Counted from the first letter of the stretch, positions 1 to 11,023 are shown. The stretch is DNA of 64,000 nucleotides from an uncultured Chloroflexia bacterium (GCA_963825525.1 CAWGTN010000002.1:352001-416000), one strand, 5' to 3'. Program-made: numbers and translations. Notes: a model not told the origin generated them from the sequence alone.

Positions 1-585
1 CCATCCATCAGCGACAAGCCGATCCCCCGCCTCGAGCGGGGCGAACACGTCCTGCGCGTCGGCCCACAGCATGACGAGCGCCGCCACCAGCCGATCGCGG
101 CCCTCCCCTTCCGCGAGTCGTCGGATCCACGCGTCGGCGTGGAGCATGTGGTACGTCTCCTCCCGCCGCATCTTGCCCGCCAGCGCGGCGAGGCCGTCAT
201 GCGCCGACGCCGCCAGGGCGGTGAGGCGGACGGCATCGGCGGTCTCGTACAGGTAGCGACGCGCCACGCTGAAGGCCCAATCACCCCGGGCGTGATTCAG
301 GAGCGCGGCATGCCGGTAGTCGGCGATCGCGCGACCGAACGCGATGCGATCGGGGTCGTCATCGGTCAGCTCCGCCAGCATCTCGTAGAGCGCCTTGGCG
401 TGGCCGATCTCGTCCTGGGCGATCGAGCTGGTGGCGACGTCCTCCTCGAGCATGGGCGCGATACCGGTCCACTCCGAGTCCCAGAAGCCGATCACGAACT
501 CGTCATCGGCGACCGTCAGCAACAGCTCGGCGAGTGCATCCCGCGCCGACGAGTCGAGGCGGGTCACGTCCGACGAGGTAGTCAC
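1..585 (-). CDS. paaC: 1,2-phenylacetyl-CoA epoxidase subunit C (runs off window start)
   Basis: Manual translation from GTG 585: ...LLLTVADDEFVIGFWDSEWTGIAPMLEEDVATSSIAQDEIGHAKALY; start overlaps paaB stop (GTGA). Confidence 0.9.
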   Translation of the reverse strand, partial: MTTSSDVTRLDSSARDALAELLLTVADDEFVIGFWDSEWTGIAPMLEEDVATSSIAQDEIGHAKALYEMLAELTDDDPDRIAFGRAIADYRHAALLNHARGDWAFSVARRYLYETADAVRLTALAASAHDGLAALAGKMRREETYHMLHADAWIRRLAEGEGRDRLVAALVMLWADAQDVFAPLEAGDRLVADGW

Positions 586-884
586 GACTCCTCCGCCTCC
601 GTGACCGCGCGCTGCTTCGCCGCCTCGAGCTTGTGCTTGATGATGTACCCGCCCGGCTTCTTGTGGGATCGGTCGAACGGCGGCTTCAGCAGGTCGGGAT
701 CGTCCAGCTCGGTGATGGCCTCGCGTGCCACGATCCACAGCCGATGTGATTCGCCTCGGCGCCCGTAGAACTCCCTGGCGTAGTGCACCGCCAGCTCCTC
801 GTCGGGCGCGTTCACGTTGCCGGCGTGGATCATCGGGTCGCCCTCGTCCGCTTGACGGAAGACCTCCCAGACGCGATCGGTCAC
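582..884 (-). CDS. paaB: 1,2-phenylacetyl-CoA epoxidase subunit B
   Basis: VWEVF...HAGNVNAPDEELAVHYAREFYGRR...LWIV motif; lies between paaA and paaC. Confidence 0.9.
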   Translation of the reverse strand: MTDRVWEVFRQADEGDPMIHAGNVNAPDEELAVHYAREFYGRRGESHRLWIVAREAITELDDPDLLKPPFDRSHKKPGGYIIKHKLEAAKQRAVTEAEES

Positions 885-896
885 GTTGTCACCGCG

Positions 897-1856
897 TCAG
901 GCGGCGGCCGTCGCGTTCCCCGCCAGCGCGTCGCGCACCCATTGGGTATCGGCGAAGTTCACGCGTCGGAAGCCCAGGCGCTCCTCGGAGGCCGGTCCGT
1001 GCCCCGTGACGACGGATTTCAGCTCGGCCCAATCGGGCTCGGTGTAGGCCCAGCGGCCGGTATCGGCGTCATGCCGCAGCTCCGGGTCCGGGATGCGCAG
1101 GCCGAGCTCGAGGATGCGCGGCACGTAGATCGACAGGAACTCCTGGCGCAGCTGCTCGTTGTTCTTGGCCTTGATGCCCCAATGCAGGTCCTTGTCCTTG
1201 GCCGGATCGGTCGGCGGGCCATGCATCTGCATGAGCGGGCCCCACCACCGGTCGAGTGCCTCCTGGACCATGGCACGCTGGGTCTCGGTTCCATTCATGA
1301 GCGTGAGCACGACGTCACGCCCATGCATGATATGGACGGACTCCTCCCAGCAGATCTTCTTCATCGTCCGCGCGTACGGGGCGTACGAGGAGTCACGCAG
1401 CGCCTGCTGGCTGACGATGGCGGCCGCGTCGACGAGCCAGGCGATGATCCCGACATCGGCCCATGACTTCGTCGGGTAGTGGAAGACGTTGTGGAATTTC
1501 GTCTTGCCATCCAGGAGATCGGCGAGCATCTGCGCACGCGGCTTGCCGAGGTCCTCGGCCACCCGGTACAGGAGCTGGGCGTGCCCGACCTCGTCCTGGA
1601 TCTTGCTGGTCAGGGCCAGTTTCCGCCGCAGGTTCGGTGCGCGCATGATCCAGTCCCGCTCCGGCAGCACGCCCATCAGCTCGGAGTTGGCGTGCATCTC
1701 CACGAACTTCAGGACCGCGGCGCGGTAGTCGTCGGGCATCCAGTCATCGGCTTCGACCTTTCCGCCGGAGCCGACATGCGCGTAGAAGGCGTCGGCGTCG
1801 CCCGCCGCATAGCGCTGGGGCCCGCCAAGGGGTTGGATCGTGACTTCGTCATTCAT
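897..1856 (-). CDS. paaA: 1,2-phenylacetyl-CoA epoxidase subunit A (diiron)
   Basis: DWMPDDYR, HANSE, KIQDEVGH, ICWEESVH diiron motifs. Confidence 0.95.
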   Translation of the reverse strand: MNDEVTIQPLGGPQRYAAGDADAFYAHVGSGGKVEADDWMPDDYRAAVLKFVEMHANSELMGVLPERDWIMRAPNLRRKLALTSKIQDEVGHAQLLYRVAEDLGKPRAQMLADLLDGKTKFHNVFHYPTKSWADVGIIAWLVDAAAIVSQQALRDSSYAPYARTMKKICWEESVHIMHGRDVVLTLMNGTETQRAMVQEALDRWWGPLMQMHGPPTDPAKDKDLHWGIKAKNNEQLRQEFLSIYVPRILELGLRIPDPELRHDADTGRWAYTEPDWAELKSVVTGHGPASEERLGFRRVNFADTQWVRDALAGNATAAA

Positions 1857-1887
1857 GCGTCAACTAAGGGTACTGCAACGCCTGCTC

Positions 1888-2130
1888 TCAGTCGTGTGGG
1901 GCGCGCTTCAACGGGCGGTGCCAGCGCTCGTAGGCCTCGGACGGGGATGCCTCAACGCGCAACGTTTCTGACTCCTGGTTCAGCTCCGTCCGTGGGACGT
2001 AGAGATCAACCGGAATCAGGCTGGCCGTGCGAACGAGGAGGTAGTCGGCAAAGACAGCATCCACGATGCCGATCCTGGCGCCACCGCGGCCGGACAGCCG
2101 AGCTCCGGCCCGGACCTCATCGCTTCCCAT
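1888..2130 (-). CDS. Small hypothetical protein, PRC-barrel/DUF2171-like
   Basis: 80 aa, G.RIG.VD.V...YL.V...DLYVP pattern; TACGCT 6 nt before ATG. Confidence 0.6.
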   Translation of the reverse strand: MGSDEVRAGARLSGRGGARIGIVDAVFADYLLVRTASLIPVDLYVPRTELNQESETLRVEASPSEAYERWHRPLKRAPHD

Positions 2131-2168
2131 CGCTCTAGCGTACCGGGCGCGACATGCGGGAGCGTCGG

Positions 2169-3062
2169 TCAGCCCGCAACAAGGATGGTTCGCTCCCCGA
2201 CCGACACCGTCAGCGGCAGGCTGCCGAACGGTTCGCCATCGAGGTGGACCAGGGTGCTCGAGTCTCCCTCGATGGTCACCTCGCGGCCGCGTCCCATGGT
2301 CACTCGCGCGTGCTTCACGTGGGTGCCTCGATACAGGTTGGGCAGCTGACGAACCGCGGTCAGCCGCGAGATGTCACCCACGATGCAGACGTCGAGGTGC
2401 CCGTCGTCGACCCGCGCCGCCGGCGCAATCCGCATCCCTCCGCCGTAGTAGGCGCCATTCGCGATGGCGACGAAGAGCACGCTCGCCGTTAGCGCCCGGC
2501 CGTCGATCGTGATCGAGACCTGCTGGTTTCGAAAGCGCTGCAGCTCCATCAGCGTCGTCACCAGGTATCCAGCACGACCCACCTGCCACCAGGACCGCAG
2601 CGCCATGCGGGCGGCTACCTGGGCGTCGAAGCCGATGCCGCCCGCGGAGGCGAACCAGCGCGACCGCCCCTCACCGTTCCGCGCCTGCGCCACATCCACG
2701 GTTCGCGTCGCGTGGCCCACTGCCGATCGCCAACCCGGCTCGAGTGCGGAGGCCAGCCCGAGGCTCCGGGCCAGGTCGTTACCGGAGCCCAGAGGCACGA
2801 TCCCAAGCTCCATCGAGTCGCCGCTCGCGAGCAGTCCGTTGACGGCCTCCTGCACCGTTCCGTCGCCACCCACCGCGATCACGCGCCCGTGTCCGCGGTC
2901 GCGTGCGGCCGCCGCCAGCTCCTCGACATCACCGGGTCGGGAGGTCACCACGATCCGGGCATCTCCCCGCGCACGCAACCGATCACGGATCCATGGCACG
3001 GCCCTGCGCGCGCGTCCGCCTCCGGCCGCCGGATTGACGATGACGAGTGGGGCTTGAGCCAT
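2169..3062 (-). CDS. Diacylglycerol/lipid kinase family protein (YegS/DgkB-like)
   Basis: NPAAGGG, GGDGT, PLGSGNDLAR, YYGGG, DGE motifs. Confidence 0.92.
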   Translation of the reverse strand: MAQAPLVIVNPAAGGGRARRAVPWIRDRLRARGDARIVVTSRPGDVEELAAAARDRGHGRVIAVGGDGTVQEAVNGLLASGDSMELGIVPLGSGNDLARSLGLASALEPGWRSAVGHATRTVDVAQARNGEGRSRWFASAGGIGFDAQVAARMALRSWWQVGRAGYLVTTLMELQRFRNQQVSITIDGRALTASVLFVAIANGAYYGGGMRIAPAARVDDGHLDVCIVGDISRLTAVRQLPNLYRGTHVKHARVTMGRGREVTIEGDSSTLVHLDGEPFGSLPLTVSVGERTILVAG

Positions 3063-3115
3063 CGGCGCCATTGTGGCGATTGGCCGCCCGCGGCGATGGC
3101 CGCTACCGTGAACGC

Positions 3116-3934
3116 ATGCATCGGATCCTCGTCGCCATAGCGCGGTTCACGGGCGCCGCCGCCGGCGCATTCATCGGGCTCGTCGTCGTCCAGCTCATGC
3201 GGCTGCGCCGCCAGGTCTTCCTGCCGGGATGGCCCGGCTTCGACATCAGGAACGTGGTCGATCCGGTCGGCGGCGCCGGAGCCCATCCGCCGATTCGCCT
3301 CGTCGTGCTGGGTGACTCCACGACGGCCGGCGTGGGCGTGGACCGCGCCGAGGAGTCGCTCCCGGTTCGGTTGGCGCAGCGCGTGGCCGATGCCGAGGGT
3401 CGCCGCGTCCACGTCGTCAGCTACGGATGGGCAGGGGCGCGGGTCGCGGACCTCGTGCGTGATCAGATCACGCGATCGATGACACCCCGGCGGTCCAGCG
3501 ACCATGGCCCCTTCCTGCAGGATGCCGACATCGTGGCCGTCGTGATCGGCTCCAACGACGCCACCCACAACACGCCGCCTGCCCGCTATCGAGCAGATCT
3601 GCGGGCCACCATCGATGCCATCGTCCGCGCGGCACCGGAAGCGCGCATGGTGCTTGCCGGCATCCCAACCTTCCGCGGGGCCCTCAGCTCCCTCGAGCCG
3701 CTCATCTTTCTGGCGGACCAGTACGCCCGCATCCTGCGTCCCATCAGCCAGGCCGAGGCGGACAGGGCCGGCATCCTCTACGCCGACCTGCGCTCGGGCC
3801 TGCCGCCCCTGCTCGCGGGCCAGACGGGCATCCTCGCCCAGGACGGTTTCCACCCGTCCGCGATCGGGTACGACGCATGGGCGGAGGTCATCTACCTCGC
3901 CCTGGAGGCACCGCAGCGCGCACGCGAGGCCTGA
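3116..3934 (+). CDS. SGNH/GDSL hydrolase
   Basis: LGDSTTAG, GSND, DGFHP blocks; N-terminal hydrophobic segment. Confidence 0.9.
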   Translation: MHRILVAIARFTGAAAGAFIGLVVVQLMRLRRQVFLPGWPGFDIRNVVDPVGGAGAHPPIRLVVLGDSTTAGVGVDRAEESLPVRLAQRVADAEGRRVHVVSYGWAGARVADLVRDQITRSMTPRRSSDHGPFLQDADIVAVVIGSNDATHNTPPARYRADLRATIDAIVRAAPEARMVLAGIPTFRGALSSLEPLIFLADQYARILRPISQAEADRAGILYADLRSGLPPLLAGQTGILAQDGFHPSAIGYDAWAEVIYLALEAPQRAREA

Positions 3935-4031
3935 CTCCGGCAGAATCCGCTTGCGACCGGCATCCTCCGAGTGCGATGCTGGCACCACAGCACCCGCCTT
4001 GCTGCAGCTCCTTGTGCCCACGGGGAACCAC

Positions 4032-5247
4032 GTGCGTCTCATCCTGGTCCTGCTCACGGCCGCCGCCACGCTCGCTGGCGGCCTGGGCCTTGCCGCGCCC
4101 GCGCGTGCCTCGACGCCGGTCAAGGTCGCGATCATCGTGGGGCCGGTCGGCGAGGAGCTGACCCCGGTCTACATCAGCCTGGCGGAGGCATCGGCCACCG
4201 CGGCCGAGACGCGCGGTGCGACCGTTGCTCGCGCCTACTCGCCTGAGGCGAATGCCGAGAACGTGCTGGCCGCGGTCGAGGGTGCCAACATCGTCATCTA
4301 CCTCGGCCACGGGGTGGGCAGCCCGAACCCGTACTCGGCTGATCCGAACGCCGCGACCACCAACGGCTGGGGGCTCAACGGGCCGGGTGCGGTCGGCACC
4401 CACGCCGATTCCTGGCAGGACGAATCGCTGGCCTACTACGGCGAGTCATGGATCGCCGAGCATGCGAAACCGGCACCGGGCTGGGTGATGATCTACTCCA
4501 ACGCCTGCTACGCGCCGGGAGCCAGCGAGGGCTTCGACACGCCGGCCGATGAGGCGACCGCCGCCGCACGGGTCAGCGCCTACTCGCGCGCACCGCTGGC
4601 CGAGCTTGGCGCATCGGCCTACTTCGCCACCGACTTCTACGAGGGGGCAGCCCAGCTGGTGGCCACCATGCTCGATCGCCCCGACCTGCCGTTCGGCGAG
4701 GTCTTCGCCTCCGAGCCGCGCTACGTGCCCGACGGATTGACTCGCCTCCCGCACGGCCTGGTGGAAGGGGCCGAGACTTGGCTGCAGCGCTCGCCGTACT
4801 TCGATGGCAAGCTGGACTACTGGTACGCCTTCGCCGGCAACCCCGCGGCCAGCCTCACCGTCGGCACCACGGGTGGCGCCGGCATCGTTGCCGATGCCTC
4901 GGCCGCGTCCTTCGTCGTCAACGACGGGATCGTCGCCGGGCTGGCATCGAGCTACGGCGAGAGCGCCGGCTGGGAAGGCAAGCCGACGGTCGCATTGCCC
5001 CTGGATCTCGGCGGCGGCATCCCAACCGCCGATCCGTCATGGGTCCTGATCTGCGCGGATCGCTGCATCTCCGTCCCGGTCGTCGACTCGTGTCCGTGCT
5101 ACGCCGGAACCGCGGATGAGCGGGTTGCCAACCTGTCGCATGCCGCATGGCGGCTCATCACCGATGCGCCGCTCGAAGAGGGCCTGATCCGGGTCGAAGT
5201 CCACCTGACGCCGATCGCCAGCGGGTGCCGGAAGCCCGGACAGCTAG
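4032..5247 (+). CDS. Secreted protein with caspase/gingipain-like His-Cys motifs and a C-terminal RlpA-like domain (3' end uncertain; ORF as given runs to 5498)
   Basis: Signal peptide; IYLGHG and YSNACY motifs; VVDSCPC...NLSHAAW...GLIRV tail. Confidence 0.6.
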
Positions 5248-7227
5248 GCCGGCGCGCCGAGGCCTCGTTCCTGCTCGGGGAGCAGCGCGCGTCCGGCGCT
5301 CCGCTCACCGCGAAGGTGGAATCGTCGCGAGAGTGGACCGATCTCGTGGTGGAGCATGTCGGCCCACGGACGGACCTCGGTGCCGGCCACCGGATAGCGA
5401 CCGGCGAAGACCGCGCGCGCCAGTTCGCCCTGGGCCGTGACCTGGCCCGGCTCGAACTCGAACGCGTAGTGGTGCTCACCGCTGGCGGCGCGGCGTGAGG
5501 ACCTGATCCGCGCCCACAGGGACGTGATCCCGTTGGGCAGCGTGAAGCTGACGAGGTGCGCCTCGCGCTCGACGAGCGGCTCAACGGTCGCGATGAGTGC
5601 ACCGCCAACCGATACGTCCTGGACGGAGGCCACCGAACCGTCGACAGCTCCGGGAACATCGACGGCGAAGCGCACGGAGCTCCTGCGCTCGGCGGCGTAG
5701 CGCAGCGACCGGACGCGTCGGATGGCCACCCAGACCAGCGAGGTGTTGACGACCAGCCACACGAACGCGCCGGCGGCCGCCGTTTCGGATGTCGTACGGA
5801 ATCGTGAATGCCCCGAGCAGGTGGAGGACATAGATCGTCGCCCCGACCACGGAAACGCCAAGCGTCGCGCGCAGCATGAGCGGCGCATCGATCCGGCCGC
5901 GGTCCGACGCGACCCGGCCCTTCGGCGTGACCTTGAAGCGCGGGGTCGTGGTCGTGATCAGCGTCAGGGTTGCCAGGAAGTTCGGCGACATGCGGACGAG
6001 GTCGAAGACGACCGACAGGACGGGCCGATACGCGCCGCGGCCCAGCAGGTAGAGGGCCACCTGCTGAAGGCCGTAGGTCATGAGGAAGGCGACGGCAAAG
6101 GTGAGGCCATCCGCCAGGATCGGGATCTGTCCGCTCACCAGCACGATCGGCGGGAGCAGCAGGAATCCGAGCGTGCGCCACGAGTCGAACCAGCCAAGCA
6201 GGGTGGCGGCATACCCAAGCCGCTGGCCGAGGGTCAGGCCCGGAACGGTGAGAGGATTCTCGGTACGGAGCACCTGCATCGCCCCGGTCCCCCATCGGTT
6301 CCGCTGGAGCTGATACTGCGCGGCGTCGTCGGCGGCGAGGCCGCGCGCCAGCACCTCGTTGTGATAGACGGTCTTCCAGCCGGCACGATGGAAACGGATC
6401 GTGGTGTGGATGTCCTCGGTGATCGTGTCGGTGGCGGCTCCTCCGACCGCTCGCAGTGCCGACGCGCGAACGACGGCGCTCGTCCCGCACCAGAACGCGG
6501 CGTTCCATCGATTCTTGCCGGGCTGGAGCAGCCGATAGAAGAGCGTCTGCTCGTGGAAGGGCTCGCCGTACGCAACGCCGCTGCCGTGTTCGAAGCTCGT
6601 GACGTTGTAGAAATCCTGCGGCGTCTGGACGAGTGCGACGCGACGGTCCGAGAAGTAGCCGAGCGTGGCGCGCAGGAAGTCGGGCGCGGCGACGTGATCG
6701 GCATCAAGCACGCCCAGGATCTCCGCGTCGACGACGCCCAGCGCGTGGTTGAGGTTGCCCGCCTTTGCGTGCTCGTGCGTCGGCCGAGACAGGTACCGCG
6801 CCCCGAGGGACTCGGCCAGCTCGGCAATCTCCGGGCGTTCGCCGTCGTCCAGGACCCAGGTCTCGTGCACCGGCTCGAGCGCGACCGCGGCCGAGATGGT
6901 GGGAATCAGGATCTCTGGACCCTCGTTGTAGGTGGGAATGAGCACCGCGATGCTCGGCATCTTGCGCGGGCTCCGGCGGCGGGGCCGAACGTCCACGTCC
7001 CACAGGCTGAAGGCGAAGAGGCCCAGGCCGATCGCGGCGTGAACCTCCAGGATGAGCATCGGAAACGCGATGTACCACGCCGAGAGATTGAGGGTGGAGG
7101 TCGCGCGCCACGTCAGATAAGCCGTCGTCGCCACCAGGGCGAGGACGGTCATGCCGCGGATGAGCAGGAGACGGCGCGGCGAATCCGGTGGAGGCAGGTG
7201 TCCGCGACGCCGCGCGTTGCGGGCCAT
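5244..7227 (-). CDS. Cellulose synthase-like GT2 with C-terminal PilZ domain (frameshift near 5790)
   Basis: DDG, HAKAGN, DADH, QTPQ, TED, QRNRW in ORF 5581-7227; RRSSVR and DVSVGG PilZ motifs in ORF 5244-5888. Confidence 0.88.
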
Positions 7228-7293
7228 GCGCCAAGGACACCATGGTGCAGGACCATCGGGCCATCGGCCAAAGGTCCTCTCAGGGGCGGTACC

Positions 7294-8853
7294 CTAGGTG
7301 ACGGTGACCTGCACCGCGTGGTGGCCGCGGGCGCCATTCGGCGCCGGGCGCGACTTCTGGTCGGTCTGCACGTCGCCGTTGCCATCGGTCGCGCGCACCC
7401 TCAGCAGATGATCGCCGGCGGTCGCGTCCCAGCGACGGACCCACTGCACCCAGGTGGCGTCGGAGATCGGTGAGCTGATCTCGGCCGGCTGCCATCCGTC
7501 CTCGTCGATCTGCACTTCCACCGCGCTCACGCCACGGTCGGGCGCCCATGCGACGCCGGCGATCGCCACGGTTCCGGCGTCGATGCGCGCCCCGGATCCG
7601 GGCACGTCGATCCGCGACTGGGTGAGGATCGGCGCTTCCTTCGACCAGCCCAACGGCACCCAGTAGGCATCGAACGCATCGAGCGTGGTCAGCTCGATCT
7701 CGGTGAGCCACTTCGTCGCGCTCACGTATCCGTACAGGCCGGGCACGATCAACCGCGCCGGGAACCCGTGGTTCGGCGGCAGCGGCTCCCCGTTCATCGC
7801 CACGGCGACCAGGGCCTCGCGATCGTCGGCCAGCGCCCACGCAGTCGGGAAGCCGACGGTGAAGTTGTCCACGGCCCGACCCACGAGCTGGGTCGCCGCG
7901 GGCTGCACCCCAGCGCGGTCCAGCAGATCCTTGAGTCGCACCCCGGTCCACAGGGCATTTCCCACCAGGCCGCCCCCCACCTCGTTGCTGACGCAGGCGA
8001 TCGTCACATACTCCTCGCGCAGCGGGAGGTTCACGAGCTCGTCGTAGGTCAGCTCGAATGGCCGATCGACCATGCCCGTCACACGCAGCCTCCACGTGTC
8101 CAGGTCAGGGCGAGGAACCAGCAGCGCCGTGTCGATACGGTAGAAGTCGCGGTTCGGGGTGACGATCGGGCTCAGACCGCTGACGCTGAGCCCTGCTCCA
8201 TCCGGCAGTGGGGGGGCGGTCACTGCGGGCTGTGGAATCGGGCCTGCCTGCGGCTGCGCGCTGCGACGGCCGCCCTCGAGCAGAGCCCTTCCGGTCACAC
8301 CGCCGATGGCCGCAACGCCGGCGACGGCAATCGATGTTCCGATGAAGTGGCGCCGGCCCCAGTTCGGCATCTCGGCAACCTCGCGGCCGCGCGCGTCCGA
8401 CGCCATGGCGAGGAGCCACGCCAGCACGCCGGCGGCACTACCCGCCGCCGCCGCGGCAACCACAAAGGTCGGCAGCGCCTCCGACAGCGGATCACGCAGG
8501 CCGACGGCCAGAGCGAAGACCCCTCCGGCACCGATGGCCAGCTGCGCTGCACCGGGCCGAGTGCGCGCCAGCACGCCGATCGCCGCAGCGAGGCCGACGG
8601 CCACCATGGCGATGAACACGTTGAGCACCAGCTTGTCCGCCTCGCCGAACAGCTCGACGACGAACTGCTTGGCACCGGGCGGCTGCAGTGAGATGACGAA
8701 GTCACCGACGGCGATGATCGGGCTGGCCGCCCCGGGCAGAAGGCCCGCGAGCAGCTCCGCACCACCGAGTCCCGCCGCGCCCGCCGCAAGGCCGGCGATG
8801 GCACCGACCCGTCGACGCGGAACGCTCGCTGATTGGTTGGTATTCATGCTCAT
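7294..8853 (-). CDS. Membrane-anchored molybdopterin-dependent oxidoreductase (sulfite oxidase family)
   Basis: TPNRDFYRID, CVSNEVGG, HGFPARLIVPGLYGYVSATKWL; N-terminal TM helices; twin-Arg-like GRRHFI. Confidence 0.92.
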   Translation of the reverse strand: MSMNTNQSASVPRRRVGAIAGLAAGAAGLGGAELLAGLLPGAASPIIAVGDFVISLQPPGAKQFVVELFGEADKLVLNVFIAMVAVGLAAAIGVLARTRPGAAQLAIGAGGVFALAVGLRDPLSEALPTFVVAAAAAGSAAGVLAWLLAMASDARGREVAEMPNWGRRHFIGTSIAVAGVAAIGGVTGRALLEGGRRSAQPQAGPIPQPAVTAPPLPDGAGLSVSGLSPIVTPNRDFYRIDTALLVPRPDLDTWRLRVTGMVDRPFELTYDELVNLPLREEYVTIACVSNEVGGGLVGNALWTGVRLKDLLDRAGVQPAATQLVGRAVDNFTVGFPTAWALADDREALVAVAMNGEPLPPNHGFPARLIVPGLYGYVSATKWLTEIELTTLDAFDAYWVPLGWSKEAPILTQSRIDVPGSGARIDAGTVAIAGVAWAPDRGVSAVEVQIDEDGWQPAEISSPISDATWVQWVRRWDATAGDHLLRVRATDGNGDVQTDQKSRPAPNGARGHHAVQVTVT

Positions 8854-8963
8854 CACCCAGCGTACGCCGGTTTGTGACGAGCGTATGAATCGGCTCGTCG
8901 CGTGCGCTCGTCCGGGAACATGGGGAGAGCGCGGGGGTGAGCGGCCTGCCTATCATCGGCGGC

Positions 8964-10019
8964 ATGCCCGAACGCATCGATCTTCGTTCCGATACGGTGA
9001 CATTGCCCAGCCCCGCCATGCGCCATGCCATGGCGAATGCCGAGGTCGGCGATGACCAGTACGGCGAGGACCCGTCCGTCAACCGGCTCCAGGAGCAGGC
9101 CGCCGAACTGCTCGGCCAGCCGGCCGCACTCTTCCTGCCGAGCGGCACGATGACGAACCAGGTCGCGCTGCGAACGCTCACTCGCCCGGGGGATGACGTC
9201 CTGGTGCCGGTCGAGTCGCACATCGTCCTGCATGAGACGGGCGCCGGCGGTGCCAATGCCGGCGTCCAGTTCAGCACGATCGGGGCGGGAGGGACGTTCG
9301 ACGAACATGACGTGGCCGCGGCCATCAAGCCCGCCGGCCACATCGTGTACCCGCCGACCACGCTGCTCGTTGCCGAGAACACGCACAACCGCGGCGGAGG
9401 CATCGTGCTGGACCGGCAACGGCTGCTCGCCTCCCTTGAGGTGGCTCGCGGCCATGGGCTCGCCACCTACCTGGACGGCGCTCGGCTGCTCAATGCGGCA
9501 GTGGCCTCGCGGCGTCCCGCCGCCGAGCTGGCCACCGGGTTCGACCTCGTCGGCATATCCCTCAGCAAGGGTCTCGGCGCGCCGGCCGGATCCCTGCTCG
9601 CGGGCACGACCGAGCTCATTGCGCGTGCCCACCGCTACCGGCGAATGGCCGGCGGTGCCATGCGCCAGGTTGGCATCCTGGCCGCCGCAGGGTCCTACGC
9701 CCTCGAGCACAACGTTCAGCGCCTGGCCGACGACCATGCCAATGCGCGCCTCCTTGCCGATGAGCTGATGCGCGGCGACGACATCCAGATCGACGACTCC
9801 ACGGTTCAGACCAACATCGTGGTGATGTCACTCGTCGACCGGCGCGGAGTGCCGGATGCGGCGACATTCGTGGCGCGCTGTGCCGAGCGCGGGGTGCTCC
9901 TGAATGCATTCGGGCCGCGGTCGGTGCGCGCGGTGACGCACCTCGATGTGGGCGCGGACCAGTGTCGGGCTGCGGCGCGGGTCATGCGCGCCATCGCGGA
10001 TGGCCGAGAGGCGCCCTAG
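8964..10019 (+). CDS. ltaE: Low-specificity L-threonine aldolase
   Basis: IDLRSDTVT, PSGTMTN, ENTHN, DGAR, SKGLGAP. Confidence 0.93.
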   Translation: MPERIDLRSDTVTLPSPAMRHAMANAEVGDDQYGEDPSVNRLQEQAAELLGQPAALFLPSGTMTNQVALRTLTRPGDDVLVPVESHIVLHETGAGGANAGVQFSTIGAGGTFDEHDVAAAIKPAGHIVYPPTTLLVAENTHNRGGGIVLDRQRLLASLEVARGHGLATYLDGARLLNAAVASRRPAAELATGFDLVGISLSKGLGAPAGSLLAGTTELIARAHRYRRMAGGAMRQVGILAAAGSYALEHNVQRLADDHANARLLADELMRGDDIQIDDSTVQTNIVVMSLVDRRGVPDAATFVARCAERGVLLNAFGPRSVRAVTHLDVGADQCRAAARVMRAIADGREAP

Positions 10020-10438
10020 ACCTGCTCCATCGGCTCGACGCCCTCGGGATCGAGCGTCAGCGATGCCGAGTTGATGCAATAGCGGAGGCCGCCGGGCTGG
10101 TCATGGGCATCGTTGAAGATGTGGCCAAGGTGGCCGCCGCAGCGTGCACAGTGGACCTCGGTCCTCGTCATGAGGAAGCTGCGGTCGGTCTCCGTCTCCA
10201 CCGCACCCTGGGCGGTCGGCGCATAGAACGATGGCCAACCGGAGCCTGACTCGAACTTGGTGCTGGCGTCGAACACCTCGGCGCCACAGCCGGCGCAGCG
10301 GTACACGCCGGGTCGATGCTCGTCCCAATACGCCCCGCTGAATGCCGGCTCGGTTCCCTGCTCGCGCAGGACGCGGTACTGCTCCGGCGTCAGCGACGCC
10401 CGCCACTCGTCGTCGGTGCGGTCGACCTTCTCACTCAT
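10016..10438 (-). CDS. msrB: Peptide-methionine (R)-S-oxide reductase
   Basis: GTEPAF, KFESGSGWPSF, HLGHIF, RYCINS. Confidence 0.96.
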   Translation of the reverse strand: MSEKVDRTDDEWRASLTPEQYRVLREQGTEPAFSGAYWDEHRPGVYRCAGCGAEVFDASTKFESGSGWPSFYAPTAQGAVETETDRSFLMTRTEVHCARCGGHLGHIFNDAHDQPGGLRYCINSASLTLDPEGVEPMEQV

Positions 10439-10504
10439 GCACACAGCGTACGCCGGACTCCCAGACGGTGCATGCATCGGCCTGGCGGATCGTATGCTTG
10501 GCCG

Positions 10505-11023
10505 ATGAATCGACGCGTGCTCCTCGCGCCGGGGGCGTCCGGGACCATCGATGGCCTGCGCGACCACGAGCGCGGCCTGCTGGCTCGTGGGATGACGGTC
10601 ACACTCGTCAGCCTCCCGCGCGGACGGGCCGAGCGTGCCATGCCCATCTACCGCGCCGCTCTCGATGCAGTGAGTGATCCGACCGCCGTCATCGGCGGCC
10701 ACTCATTCGGCGGTCGAGTCGCGTCCCTGCTCAGCGTCGAGCACGCTCCGGCCGGCCTCGTTCTGCTCTCGTATCCGCTTCATGCTCCGGGCCGCCAGGC
10801 GGCGTGGGACGAACGGACCGCTCATTGGCCATCGATCACGTGCCCGGTCCTCCTCCTCTCGGGAGAATCGGATCCGTTTGCCAACCTTGCACTGCTGCGC
10901 GAGGCCGTGGAGCGTCTGCCCGCTGGCTCTCTCGTGACGTACCGCGGGGTCGGCCATGGACTCCGGCCCGTGCTGGAGGATGCGCTCGACCGCATCGCGT
11001 CATTTGCGGACGGGCTGCCCTGA
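10505..11023 (+). CDS. Alpha/beta hydrolase
   Basis: GGHSFGGR nucleophile elbow, YPLH, GESDPF, GH. Confidence 0.88.
   Translation: MNRRVLLAPGASGTIDGLRDHERGLLARGMTVTLVSLPRGRAERAMPIYRAALDAVSDPTAVIGGHSFGGRVASLLSVEHAPAGLVLLSYPLHAPGRQAAWDERTAHWPSITCPVLLLSGESDPFANLALLREAVERLPAGSLVTYRGVGHGLRPVLEDALDRIASFADGLP

Noticed and set aside
5722-7473. Long antisense ORFs (also 16579-17868, 36252-37616, 42083-43477 and others)
   Set aside because: Shadow ORFs typical of high-GC DNA, lying opposite genes with clear family motifs.
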